From: a virus
Lineage: Duplodnaviria; Caudoviricetes
Direction: 5' to 3' (one strand)
Length of the DNA stretch: 31,012 nucleotides
Virus record (IMG/VR): IMGVR_UViG_3300017785_003930
Coordinates: 1 to 31,012 of that record
In this document: positions 9,745 through 17,447 of the stretch, piece by piece
How the letters are laid out: every line of letters starts with the position of its first letter
How positions within the stretch are numbered: the first letter of the stretch is position 1
Position numbers and translations under genes: made by a program
The notes under the pieces: generated by a model
What the model was told of the DNA's origin: nothing
Databases searched by the model: none
What the model saw: only the letters and a program-made list of their open reading frames with translations

Positions 9745-10595
9745 TAGAAACGACCTCCGCGACGTGCGTCAATAAGATGTGAATCCTCGAACGGTGGAAT
9801 TCTTCGCCCGTTGCCCGTGTTTGAATCGCGGGCCTTTTTTGGAGGAACGATGAATTTCTCGTAAAACTGCCGCATTTCCGTAGCCTTGCCAGTGGCACCC
9901 GAGGTGTCTGAAGCAATGTATGAGGCAAGCAGGTAAGAGAACGCGGTGACAAAATCAGACGGGTATTTTGTGACATCGGTAACGCGTGCGATGTATTTTA
10001 AATTGATCGTCTCCGACTCACAGAGAATCAGGCCCTCCTCAAAAAGAAAACTGTTGCCGTCATCCTCATTTTGTCCGCCGTCTGCGTTGATCGACAAGGG
10101 GCGAAGGCAATCAGCCGGCGGAGTGTGCGCAAAGGAATAGGCAAATTGAGGGATTTCCACGACTTTACCCGTGCCACTTGTGTAAGTGCCAGCAAAGACG
10201 GAGCCATCCAACGTGAAATGATTTCCATTAACGGTGACATACCATTGACCATTGGCGGCGGTGACGCCTCCAACGTCTTTAACGTAAACCCTATCTCCCG
10301 TGCTGTAGCCGTGGCCGGCATGAGTAATCCTAATTAAACCGCCGTCGTCAGTCACTGCCGAGCCTGTAAGTGTGTGATATGTGACTGTCTGGTGCTTGCG
10401 TTTGGTGGCAAAGTTCCACGGGTGGGCCGTTAGAGCTTCATCCAGCGCGGTATAAACTGCGGGCGAACCATCTGGATTATACCATTTCCTGACGCTCTTG
10501 GCCTGCTGAGTAACGTCAGCGGTTAATGACGTTAACGCAGTGCCGCCAAGATGGGAGATTGCAAGTGAGGCGATTTCGGTAGCGGTGGCGGCCAT
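9744..10595 (-). CDS. Tail tubular protein A / adaptor (T7 gp11-like) with an inserted FCCH-like beta domain
   Basis: 'EIASLAISHLG', 'HPWNFATKR', 'PADCLR', 'LKYIARVTD..Y..DFVTAFSYLLAS' adaptor motifs; synteny. Confidence 0.85.
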   Translation of the reverse strand: MAATATEIASLAISHLGGTALTSLTADVTQQAKSVRKWYNPDGSPAVYTALDEALTAHPWNFATKRKHQTVTYHTLTGSAVTDDGGLIRITHAGHGYSTGDRVYVKDVGGVTAANGQWYVTVNGNHFTLDGSVFAGTYTSGTGKVVEIPQFAYSFAHTPPADCLRPLSINADGGQNEDDGNSFLFEEGLILCESETINLKYIARVTDVTKYPSDFVTAFSYLLASYIASDTSGATGKATEMRQFYEKFIVPPKKARDSNTGNGRRIPPFEDSHLIDARRGGRF

Positions 10596-10606
10596 GATGG
10601 ATATGC

Positions 10607-10640
10607 AAAAGGCGGAGAAGGTTTACAAGCCCTCTCCGCC
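10607..10640 (-). terminator. Rho-independent terminator after the cement gene
   Basis: Minus strand GGCGGAGAGGG-CTTGTAAA-CCTTCTCCGCC-TTTT. Confidence 0.75.
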
Positions 10641-10656
10641 CCTTGAATTTTAAGGG

Positions 10657-11124
10657 TTAGTTCCAGTCGATGTATTCGATTTCGAAATACAAGACCACGG
10701 AGGCAGTGACGGAGCTTGCGGAGGCAATAGTCACAATGACTGCGGTGTTGTCGGTGGTGGTCGTATAAGCCAAGTCGCCAGCGGTGCCAGCAACCGTAGA
10801 GCCAAAACCAACAGTGCCACCAGCGGAAAGCACGATGCCATCAGCAAAAACATCGGGATTAGCGGAAGTGCCAATATCCAGCGTCAGCGTGGTGCCAGGG
10901 TCAACACAGCTTACAGCGGAGCCAGCACGCGAGACTGAAGCGCCCAAAGGAAGGTAGCAAAGGTTGAACGTGTCGTTTCCAGCTTCTGATCCAGTGGTGG
11001 TGTAAGTGGCGCGAAGTTTCTTCACAGTGCCGCCCACGCTTTTAGTGCGTGAAGGACGTTCGGAGCCATCGAGAAGAGCGGCAGCTTGCGCTGTAAAAAG
11101 AGAGGTGTCAGTAAGTGCGGCCAT
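10657..11124 (-). CDS. Capsid decoration / cement protein (Bbp16-like position)
   Basis: 155 aa, Thr/Ala/Gly-rich beta protein directly after the major capsid gene; 'LPLGA', 'TLTLDIG' motifs. Confidence 0.7.
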   Translation of the reverse strand: MAALTDTSLFTAQAAALLDGSERPSRTKSVGGTVKKLRATYTTTGSEAGNDTFNLCYLPLGASVSRAGSAVSCVDPGTTLTLDIGTSANPDVFADGIVLSAGGTVGFGSTVAGTAGDLAYTTTTDNTAVIVTIASASSVTASVVLYFEIEYIDWN

Positions 11125-11152
11125 AAAGGTAGAGTCTTGAAGTTTAGGTTGA

Positions 11153-11182
11153 GAAAAGGGCGGCTTTCAGACCGCCCTTTTC
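11153..11182 (-). terminator. Hairpin/terminator between capsid and cement genes
   Basis: Minus strand GAAAAGGGCGGTCT-GAAA-GCCGCCCTTTTC. Confidence 0.7.
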
Positions 11183-11190
11183 AATTCAGG

Positions 11191-12087
11191 TTATGGGGTT
11201 TCGTCGGCGTAGATGCGAACAACCTTAGCGTTCTCCGTGCGAACCGCGCCCATCATGGCGATGGAGCGAATTTGGAGAGCATGGCGGCGAGTTGGAAGCG
11301 GGTCCATTTTGGTGGAAACGCCTTGGAGGGAGAACTTAATTGCCGACTTGTGGAAGGCAAAGCAAGAACGAACGTCCGCGATGGTTGCAACGGTGCCGAC
11401 TGGCAAGCGCTGGGAGTCGATGAACTTGAAGCCGAGGAATGATCCAGGCTGGCCGTCAACAAGAGCTTTGACCGTGTTGTAGTCGATGCTTGTTAGCTCA
11501 GTAGTGCGGAGAAGGTCGTTGACCTGCTGAGCACCGTAAACGAGGTAACGATCAGAAGGCGGCACCTCGGCCACATCCATGAGATACTTGGCGCGGCGAA
11601 GCTTGGCGATTGTCAGGCCAGAGCTTGCACTGCCGCTTTCCGCGTAGGTGGAGGCGATAGACTGAGACGATGGGAACGCGTCAGCAGTCGTTCCTTCTTC
11701 GCCAATGTAACGAGTGGCATCGAGAGCAGAGATGATGACATCATCTTGCGTGCGATTCAGCGCTGTGGCATGTGATTGCACAGCGTCCGAAGTTGGCAGC
11801 ACGATGGAGCCAAGAAAATGATCGTCCCACTCATCGAAGACGGTAGCGAGTTCCCAAGGGTTTTGGGTCATCCAATACTTGGAAGCGTCAAACTCACCAT
11901 CTGGAGTATCGCCTTTACGGGTGATGATCTTCGAGAATGCGCGAGCGGCTGCAAGATTGAACCACTTCTTTTTACCAGTGAAGTCAGCACGGGTAACAGC
12001 AGTAGCGAGGCGGGCGTCCCTTTGCTGGAGCGCCATGTCGAAGTTTTTTTGAAACTCCGTTGGATAAAATGTGTCGATGTCAGCCAT
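11191..12087 (-). CDS. Major capsid protein
   Basis: 298 aa; 'LQQRDARL', 'ALNRTQDDVII', 'TSIDYNTVKALVDG..FLGFKFI', 'MGAVR' match podophage capsid proteins; flanked by scaffold and cement genes. Confidence 0.9.
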   Translation of the reverse strand: MADIDTFYPTEFQKNFDMALQQRDARLATAVTRADFTGKKKWFNLAAARAFSKIITRKGDTPDGEFDASKYWMTQNPWELATVFDEWDDHFLGSIVLPTSDAVQSHATALNRTQDDVIISALDATRYIGEEGTTADAFPSSQSIASTYAESGSASSGLTIAKLRRAKYLMDVAEVPPSDRYLVYGAQQVNDLLRTTELTSIDYNTVKALVDGQPGSFLGFKFIDSQRLPVGTVATIADVRSCFAFHKSAIKFSLQGVSTKMDPLPTRRHALQIRSIAMMGAVRTENAKVVRIYADETP

Positions 12088-12159
12088 AATGGGCGGAAGA
12101 TTGGAGGAATTGAGGATTTGCCAATTCGATGAATCGGCGGTGGAAGTTCATGCTTCTCG

Positions 12160-12228
12160 GTGTCCCAGGTTCTCTGCGGTGCAGGCCTCGTTATGCCGTG
12201 TCTGGCATTGTCCTTACGGGTGCCAACG
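12160..12228 (-). ncRNA. Structured capsid leader: two stem-CC-hairpin-GA(C/G)AA-stem modules
   Basis: TGGCA-CC-CGTAAG-GACAA-TGCCA (12203-12225) and AGG-CC-TGCACCGCA-GAGAA-CCT (12167-12188). Confidence 0.5.
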
Positions 12229-12234
12229 TTTCCA

Positions 12235-12254
12235 GATTCTCACAAATGAGAATC
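12235..12254. promoter_or_regulatory. Palindromic operator GATTCTCA-caaa-TGAGAATC between the capsid gene and the divergent XRE gene
   Basis: Perfect 8 bp inverted repeat; the TCTCA-N4-TGAGA core recurs at 6172, 16885 and 25650. Confidence 0.7.
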
Positions 12255-12346
12255 GACGCAAGTTCTTTTTTCTCAAAAAAAAGAATCAAACTTTAAAGCG
12301 CTGCTATTATGCATTGAATCGCCTGCGCCATCGGCTTTATTGAGTC

Positions 12347-12709
12347 ATGACCCAAAAGCAAAAAGACATCATCGCATTAGCAAAGAAGCAGCTGGCTCAG
12401 GCAAAGGATGCGCTTGCGGAGGCCAAGAAGTCAGCTCCAGAAGGCAGCTTTTCCGCGCATCTCAAGAAATACAGAAAAACCACAGGCATGACCCTTGAAG
12501 AGTTCTTCAATGCATCAGGACTTTATGGATCTGTGACGTGCCGCCTTGAATGTGGCGGTGCTGATAATGCTGGTCTTTTGACTTTGACCAGATACGCCCA
12601 TGCGTGCGGCGTGCCGTTATCAAAAATATTCAGAGAGTGGGAGGATTCACAATCAGGCCTGACGATTGACAAATTAAATGAAAGCAAGCGCATCATGGGC
12701 GTATCATAA
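12347..12709 (+). CDS. XRE-family helix-turn-helix regulator
   Basis: 'LKKYRKTTGMTLEEFFNASGL..SVTCRLECG....L.TL.RYA.ACGV.LSKIF' matches the cro/CI HTH pattern; the only convincing plus-strand gene. Confidence 0.85.
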   Translation: MTQKQKDIIALAKKQLAQAKDALAEAKKSAPEGSFSAHLKKYRKTTGMTLEEFFNASGLYGSVTCRLECGGADNAGLLTLTRYAHACGVPLSKIFREWEDSQSGLTIDKLNESKRIMGVS

Positions 12710-12736
12710 ACACCAAAGGCGGTGATAAAAACACAG

Positions 12737-12766
12737 AAAAACCCGCCTCCCTTTCGAAAGACGGGT
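12737..12766 (-). terminator. Terminator after the scaffold gene
   Basis: Minus strand ACCCGTCTTTC-GAAA-GGGAGGCGGGT-TTTT. Confidence 0.75.
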
Positions 12767-12773
12767 AAATTAA

Positions 12774-12821
12774 GGCTTTGAGGTAATCGAACCCTCTGAG
12801 CACCCTCGCCAGAGGTAAGCC
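12774..12821 (-). ncRNA. Mini tRNA-like element (acceptor-like stem, small hairpin, TTCGATT T-loop)
   Basis: GGCTT-A-CCTC TGGC GAGG-GTGCTCA-GAGGG TTCGATT ACCTC-A-AAGCC. Confidence 0.4.
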
Positions 12822-12832
12822 GTTTGAAATCG

Positions 12833-13675
12833 TTAAGCCCTGCTAGCGAGATAAAACTGCTGCATTTGCCTCGCGGCTTCCTCTTGCTTAGCAGGTCCAA
12901 GCTTGCCTTGGTAAGCATCCGAGATGCGTAATTTATCCATGCGCTCCTCATAGGTAGCCTGTGAAGATTCAGCGCCGATGAGTTTCGTATCCTCGCCAAT
13001 GAGCTTATCGACAGCCAGCGCGGCCTTGATGAACTCGGCATTGTTCGCCAGCTCGCTTGTGTTGATGTCGATCCCAAGCGCAATAGCTCCACGGGCTGCA
13101 CGTTGCCAGTTGTTGGGAGCTTGGTCTTTCCACTCGGCATTCAATCCGTCAATCATGTCATCACGCTGAGCCTTTTGAGCCTCGGCAGATTTAGCCATCA
13201 TTCCGCCGACGTTCTCGTTGTTAAGCGCGATCAGCTCCTGCAATGCCTCAGGCGGCACGCTGTATTTGTGAGCAATGGTCGCGGCTTTCGTTGCAAGTTC
13301 AGCATTCCACTCGACACCTTCCGGCAGATTGTCGGGAGCTTTCAGGCCGTAGCCTTCCGGCTTGTCGGGAGCGCCTGTGATCTTGCGAAGCTCGGACTGA
13401 TAAGCGGCGATTTCTTCCGGCTTAGCACCTTCGCCAGGCTTTTTGACTTCGCGCTTGGAGCTGAATGCTTTTTCAAGTGAGATGTAGGAAGCACCGAGCT
13501 GATCGAGCTTTGGCTCACCTTTGGCTTCATCCCAAAACTTGGCGGGAATGTAATCGGGCCGAGGGTTAAGACTCGGCGTAGGCGGTGGCGCTGGAGTCGG
13601 ATCGACTGGCGCTGGATTGGCTTGACTTGCCAGAATTGAAGGCTCTGGCGTTGGTGTTTCGATGGTGTCGCTCAT
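12833..13675 (-). CDS. Capsid assembly scaffolding protein
   Basis: Pro-rich N-terminus, 'RPDYIPAKFWD', 'GAPDKPEGYGL', 'LNAEWKD'; lies between portal and capsid. Confidence 0.8.
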   Translation of the reverse strand: MSDTIETPTPEPSILASQANPAPVDPTPAPPPTPSLNPRPDYIPAKFWDEAKGEPKLDQLGASYISLEKAFSSKREVKKPGEGAKPEEIAAYQSELRKITGAPDKPEGYGLKAPDNLPEGVEWNAELATKAATIAHKYSVPPEALQELIALNNENVGGMMAKSAEAQKAQRDDMIDGLNAEWKDQAPNNWQRAARGAIALGIDINTSELANNAEFIKAALAVDKLIGEDTKLIGAESSQATYEERMDKLRISDAYQGKLGPAKQEEAARQMQQFYLASRA

Positions 13676-13941
13676 GTGTAATCTGGTTTAATGTCTCCTT
13701 GCTCGTATGGGTAAACGCTCCAAGTAAGTGATTTAAACCGACCTAAGACGCGAGATTTGGCGCAAATGTAAGTGTTGCAAATGTTCATCCAGCTCAGGAA
13801 ATACAACGGCGAAGGTCCATATTTCACTAGTTTGCAATGCGCTTTGAAGGCTCCAATAAAATCACGCGCAACCTTCCATGCTGTATAAAACAGCGGCCAA
13901 TCCTCAAACTTTAAAGTCTGTCTAATGGTGTGATTTTTCAT
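13672..13941 (-). CDS. Hypothetical protein (moron-like)
   Basis: ATG at 13941 overlaps the upstream stop and its stop overlaps the scaffold start (translational coupling). Confidence 0.55.
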   Translation of the reverse strand: MKNHTIRQTLKFEDWPLFYTAWKVARDFIGAFKAHCKLVKYGPSPLYFLSWMNICNTYICAKSRVLGRFKSLTWSVYPYEQGDIKPDYT

Positions 13942-14333
13942 TTTCCGTTTAATTTCAGCCATTCGCTATAGCCGTGCTGGCCGTAGGTGTTCACAAAGCA
14001 CTGTTGAAACAGTTTTGGATTCTCCTCATAAGTGCAGTCAAAGCCGGATGTGTCGAAAGTGATGCCTGAGCCCGCAACATCACTAACGGGCTCAGGCTCC
14101 GAAACGCTGGGAAATACAACAAAACCAGCGTCGGAAATTGGATCAACCGCCGAGGAATTTTCGTCAGTTGGAAGCTCTTCGACGACATCAAAATCAAGTT
14201 CAATGCCAGCGGTTTTTTTAATTTGGCTGATAATTCGAGGGCCCTGCTTCTTTAACAGGTATGCCTTGTTGCCGACGATGCTGCCAATCTTCTGGGAGTC
14301 TCGGTAAATGATAGTGTCTTCGATTGTGATCAT
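13938..14333 (-). CDS. Hypothetical protein
   Basis: ATG at 14333 overlaps the stop of the upstream gene (ATGA). Confidence 0.65.
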   Translation of the reverse strand: MITIEDTIIYRDSQKIGSIVGNKAYLLKKQGPRIISQIKKTAGIELDFDVVEELPTDENSSAVDPISDAGFVVFPSVSEPEPVSDVAGSGITFDTSGFDCTYEENPKLFQQCFVNTYGQHGYSEWLKLNGK

Positions 14334-14617
14334 ATCTCTTGCTCCTTCGGTTCTTGTTTCTCTTCGTGTTGGTGGATAAAGCAATCCAGCAGCCAGCGAA
14401 CGGCAGCTTTAGATCCATCGACGCCAGCAGCCTTGATGGCATCACCACTGTTTGTTGGTAAAAACACGGTGCCAAGCACTCCGCCGCAGTCCATGTTCAT
14501 GCGCCGGAATACGAGCTGGAAATCGTCATTGTTGAACAGACGAGCGGCTGCAAGGTTGACAGTCCGGCGCTCGCGTTCGTTTAGCGGCTGGAGGAGTTCG
14601 GGGATGGTCGGAGTCAT
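14330..14617 (-). CDS. Small head-module protein (Bbp19-like position)
   Basis: 'RLFNNDDFQLVF..M...C' and 'DGSKAAVRWL' resemble the small gene that follows the portal in BPP-1-like phages. Confidence 0.55.
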   Translation of the reverse strand: MTPTIPELLQPLNERERRTVNLAAARLFNNDDFQLVFRRMNMDCGGVLGTVFLPTNSGDAIKAAGVDGSKAAVRWLLDCFIHQHEEKQEPKEQEI

Positions 14618-14826
14618 TTCGATTTTTGTTGGAGCAGTTCACGCATGAGCCGATTCTGTTCAGCCATCTCTTTTACAAGATCCTGCTGAGCTTCCGCCCT
14701 TGCCTCTGCTGGAAATAGAAATGGACTTAGTTTTTGTGATTCATGTGCATTAAATGCGGCTAGAATCAGGCAGATTACCACGATGGCAATGCAAACAAAG
14801 ATTTCAATAAGTGTGAACGCTTTCAT
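14614..14826 (-). CDS. Small membrane protein with a prepilin-type N-terminal cleavage/methylation motif
   Basis: MKA-FTLIE-IFVCIAIVVICLILAA matches the class III signal peptide pattern (G/A|FTLIE plus hydrophobic helix). Confidence 0.7.
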   Translation of the reverse strand: MKAFTLIEIFVCIAIVVICLILAAFNAHESQKLSPFLFPAEARAEAQQDLVKEMAEQNRLMRELLQQKSK

Positions 14827-14854
14827 TTGTGATGTTCTGTGATGTCGGGTTGAA

Positions 14855-16543
14855 TTACCCGCCTACTAATTCCCTAGCTTTCTCGACTCCGCCAGCGTTT
14901 TTTACAGCTCCGGTTATTTCGCTTGCCATCATCGCGGCCTGCTGAGCTTGCGCGGCCTGTGCCTGCGCTTGCATTGCCTGTTCAAATTGTTCGCGTGGAA
15001 TCATAAGTTTCGGGTCACAGCCTTTAAGCCTGCTACGCTCCGAGAAATAATAATGCCAGTCGATCATCTGCGCGGCAGCTGGATATATTGGAGCGACGGC
15101 CATGATAGATTGAACCTGATCGTCAGCGCCTCGTTGAGTCAATGCACGCAAAGCCAGCGCCAGGCGATTTGTCATTGTCACCGTAGGATTCGGCACCTGA
15201 ATCAAGCTCGGCCCGATCTCGACAATAGCCTCTTCAGGCGGTGGCGGGAGCATCCCATTCTCTGCCCAGCCCTCGAAGCAGCGAATAACGTGAGGGCTGA
15301 TTGACTCGGTAGTATCACGATCAAAAGCAGGCGAAATAGCCTCAAGTTTTTCGCCCGCTAGCTGCGACGCCTCGAAAGCCGTCATCTCGCGGTTCATCGC
15401 CGCGTTTTGGGCGAACATTTGAAACATGTCGAGGTGACAGACGCGCTTAATGATGTCTTGGCGCATCTTCATTCTCTCCATGGCGTTAGCAAGATTGCCA
15501 GTTACAGGAAGAGCAAAAAATGCATCTGCGCCGACGCCAGCGGGATAATAATTCGCAGCGCGAGCGGATGTTTTCAGCGCTCCTTCGTAGGTATCTGGAA
15601 TCATGTATGGAGGAAACGCTTCCTTCTCAGAATGCACATCCACCATTTTTGCCATGAAATTGAGCTGCCGAGACTCAGGCAGTAGCGAGAATCCAGGGCC
15701 GAATCCCCATTCGGTTTCAACTTGCAAAGCGTCCCATTTGAGAAACCTGCCCACTGTAAACGGGAACGAGTCAAAGCCACCTTCCTGCACGATTTTGCAT
15801 GAGGTCTTTTCGACGTAGGCACTCAGGAAAGCTTTACGCTTGCCGACTGCATACCCTACGCCATCGCCTCGATCCTTTGCTGGACGAGGTTCCACGACAT
15901 GAAGGAAAGTGAACTTATCGCCATTGTCATTTGTCAACGCCTCGGTGACGACTTTCGGCAGATTCTCGCGGCCAAACTGGCCCTCTGCCTGCCCTGCGGT
16001 GAGTTCAAACTCACGAATCAAACCCTCGGCGCGGCCCATCCAGTCCGTCCAGAAAACGTACGTGCCTACGCGGATCTTCTCGAAACGAGTCTGGCGTTCG
16101 GGTGTCACCTGTGAGAACAGGCAGTCAGTCCCAAAGCCCCACTTGTCGAATAGACTTTCATGCCGTTCAGCGTAAAAATTGGAGTTTGCAACATACTCAG
16201 CGCCAAGCATTGAGCACTCACGAAGCCAGTTCTTCACAGGCTCAGAGTTGCGGTGTTGAAGCGTAGGCGTGAACTCAAACCATGGCTGGCTTTTGTCTGT
16301 CGTCCATGTCATGTAGCCAGCGACGGCACGCTCTAACGAATCCTTGGCGGTGATGTCGTAAAGGTGGGCGTCGCGTTGATTATTCGGCGTGTAATCTTTT
16401 TGAGTGACGCCAGCCTTACGAGGGAAGACATGTTCCGCGATCTCCTGCCACATCGTCTCCCAAACGGCGCGCTCGTTTTTAAGCCGATTATTCTTTTTGA
16501 TCCAGGCTTTTGTTTGTTCGGTGCCCTCGTTGTAATCGCTCAT
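14855..16543 (-). CDS. Portal (head-tail connector) protein
   Basis: 562 aa; 'WETMWQEIAEHVFP', 'QPWF', 'SNFY...FGT', 'MTAFEA' motifs of T7 gp8/Bbp21-type portals. Confidence 0.92.
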   Translation of the reverse strand: MSDYNEGTEQTKAWIKKNNRLKNERAVWETMWQEIAEHVFPRKAGVTQKDYTPNNQRDAHLYDITAKDSLERAVAGYMTWTTDKSQPWFEFTPTLQHRNSEPVKNWLRECSMLGAEYVANSNFYAERHESLFDKWGFGTDCLFSQVTPERQTRFEKIRVGTYVFWTDWMGRAEGLIREFELTAGQAEGQFGRENLPKVVTEALTNDNGDKFTFLHVVEPRPAKDRGDGVGYAVGKRKAFLSAYVEKTSCKIVQEGGFDSFPFTVGRFLKWDALQVETEWGFGPGFSLLPESRQLNFMAKMVDVHSEKEAFPPYMIPDTYEGALKTSARAANYYPAGVGADAFFALPVTGNLANAMERMKMRQDIIKRVCHLDMFQMFAQNAAMNREMTAFEASQLAGEKLEAISPAFDRDTTESISPHVIRCFEGWAENGMLPPPPEEAIVEIGPSLIQVPNPTVTMTNRLALALRALTQRGADDQVQSIMAVAPIYPAAAQMIDWHYYFSERSRLKGCDPKLMIPREQFEQAMQAQAQAAQAQQAAMMASEITGAVKNAGGVEKARELVGG

Positions 16544-16547
16544 GAGG

Positions 16548-16871
16548 TTATTTCATTTTGCCAGCCATGCCTGCGCCTTTAATGGCCTCGTATGCCGCCT
16601 GTTTAAAGATTGAACCACCTCTGGCTGGTATCGCTGGCTTTGGTCGTTTGGCATCGTTGACCATTACGCCTTCACCTCCGACGCCGAGCCTGCCCATTGC
16701 GCCAAGTGCAGTCGATGGAGCTAACGGATTAGCCGGATTCATCGTTGACCTGAGTCCCTGCCGACGGTTTGCGGCGGTGTAAGCTTGGCTTCCGTCCATC
16801 GCGTCTGCACGCACTGGCGCGGGGCCGCGTGGCACTGGCTGAGGCTTTTGTTCTTTTGGCTTTCCTCCCAT
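16548..16871 (-). CDS. Small basic protein upstream of the portal (putative virion protein)
   Basis: MGGKPK start, Pro-rich, 'RRQGLRST' motif typical at this position. Confidence 0.65.
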   Translation of the reverse strand: MGGKPKEQKPQPVPRGPAPVRADAMDGSQAYTAANRRQGLRSTMNPANPLAPSTALGAMGRLGVGGEGVMVNDAKRPKPAIPARGGSIFKQAAYEAIKGAGMAGKMK

Positions 16872-16882
16872 AATGGGCGGAT

Positions 16883-16925
16883 TCTCTCACTTTTGAGAGA
16901 CAAGGCAATATCAATTTTGAGAATC
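16883..16925. promoter_or_regulatory. Tandem operator sites / probable promoter of the portal operon
   Basis: TCTCTCA-cttt-TGAGAGA (16883-16900) and TATCA-attt-TGAGAATC (16909-16925). Confidence 0.6.
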
Positions 16926-17107
16926 GCAAGAAATAGCGGTGCCCATTGCTCGTCACTTTAGGGAGTGTTAACAGCACTCTTTAGACGCGGACACTAAATA
17001 TTAGCTCGCCGTTGATCCTCAGAAGCCCCTTTTTCAATGGGCTAATCGCAGAGAAGAAAATCAACGGCGAGCACTGTCTTGGTGGACATTTTATTTCTAG
17101 CAAAAAT

Positions 17108-17446
17108 TTACGCCATGTAAACCTGATGTTCAGGATGTTTCCGCAAGTCCTGGTATGGCAACCAATGAACATCTCCGCCATTCTTGCGGCAAAAGCCAAG
17201 CCATTTCCGCGTCTCCTTGCGTGGATCAATCTCTAAAAACTCCGCCATGTTGCCCACGGCAAGGGTTACAAACACGGCCTCTTCTTGGCAATCCTCGCCA
17301 AATTCCCTCACGGCATCCACGGCCAGAATCAAGCAGTCAGGCGACGAGTAAATGTAACTCGACTCGTCCAGGTGTTCCAGAAGCGTCTTTGTGAAGTCCA
17401 GGCCGAGTTCAGCGGCAACGATGGCGGCTTGTTTTTGTGGTGTCAT
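17108..17446 (-). CDS. Hypothetical protein downstream of terL
   Basis: ATG at 17446 immediately follows the terL stop. Confidence 0.65.
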   Translation of the reverse strand: MTPQKQAAIVAAELGLDFTKTLLEHLDESSYIYSSPDCLILAVDAVREFGEDCQEEAVFVTLAVGNMAEFLEIDPRKETRKWLGFCRKNGGDVHWLPYQDLRKHPEHQVYMA

Positions 17447-17447
17447 T

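Noticed and set aside
14828-14848. TGTGATG repeats here and near 29675-29697 as a regulatory motif
   Set aside because: Too short and too few to distinguish from chance.
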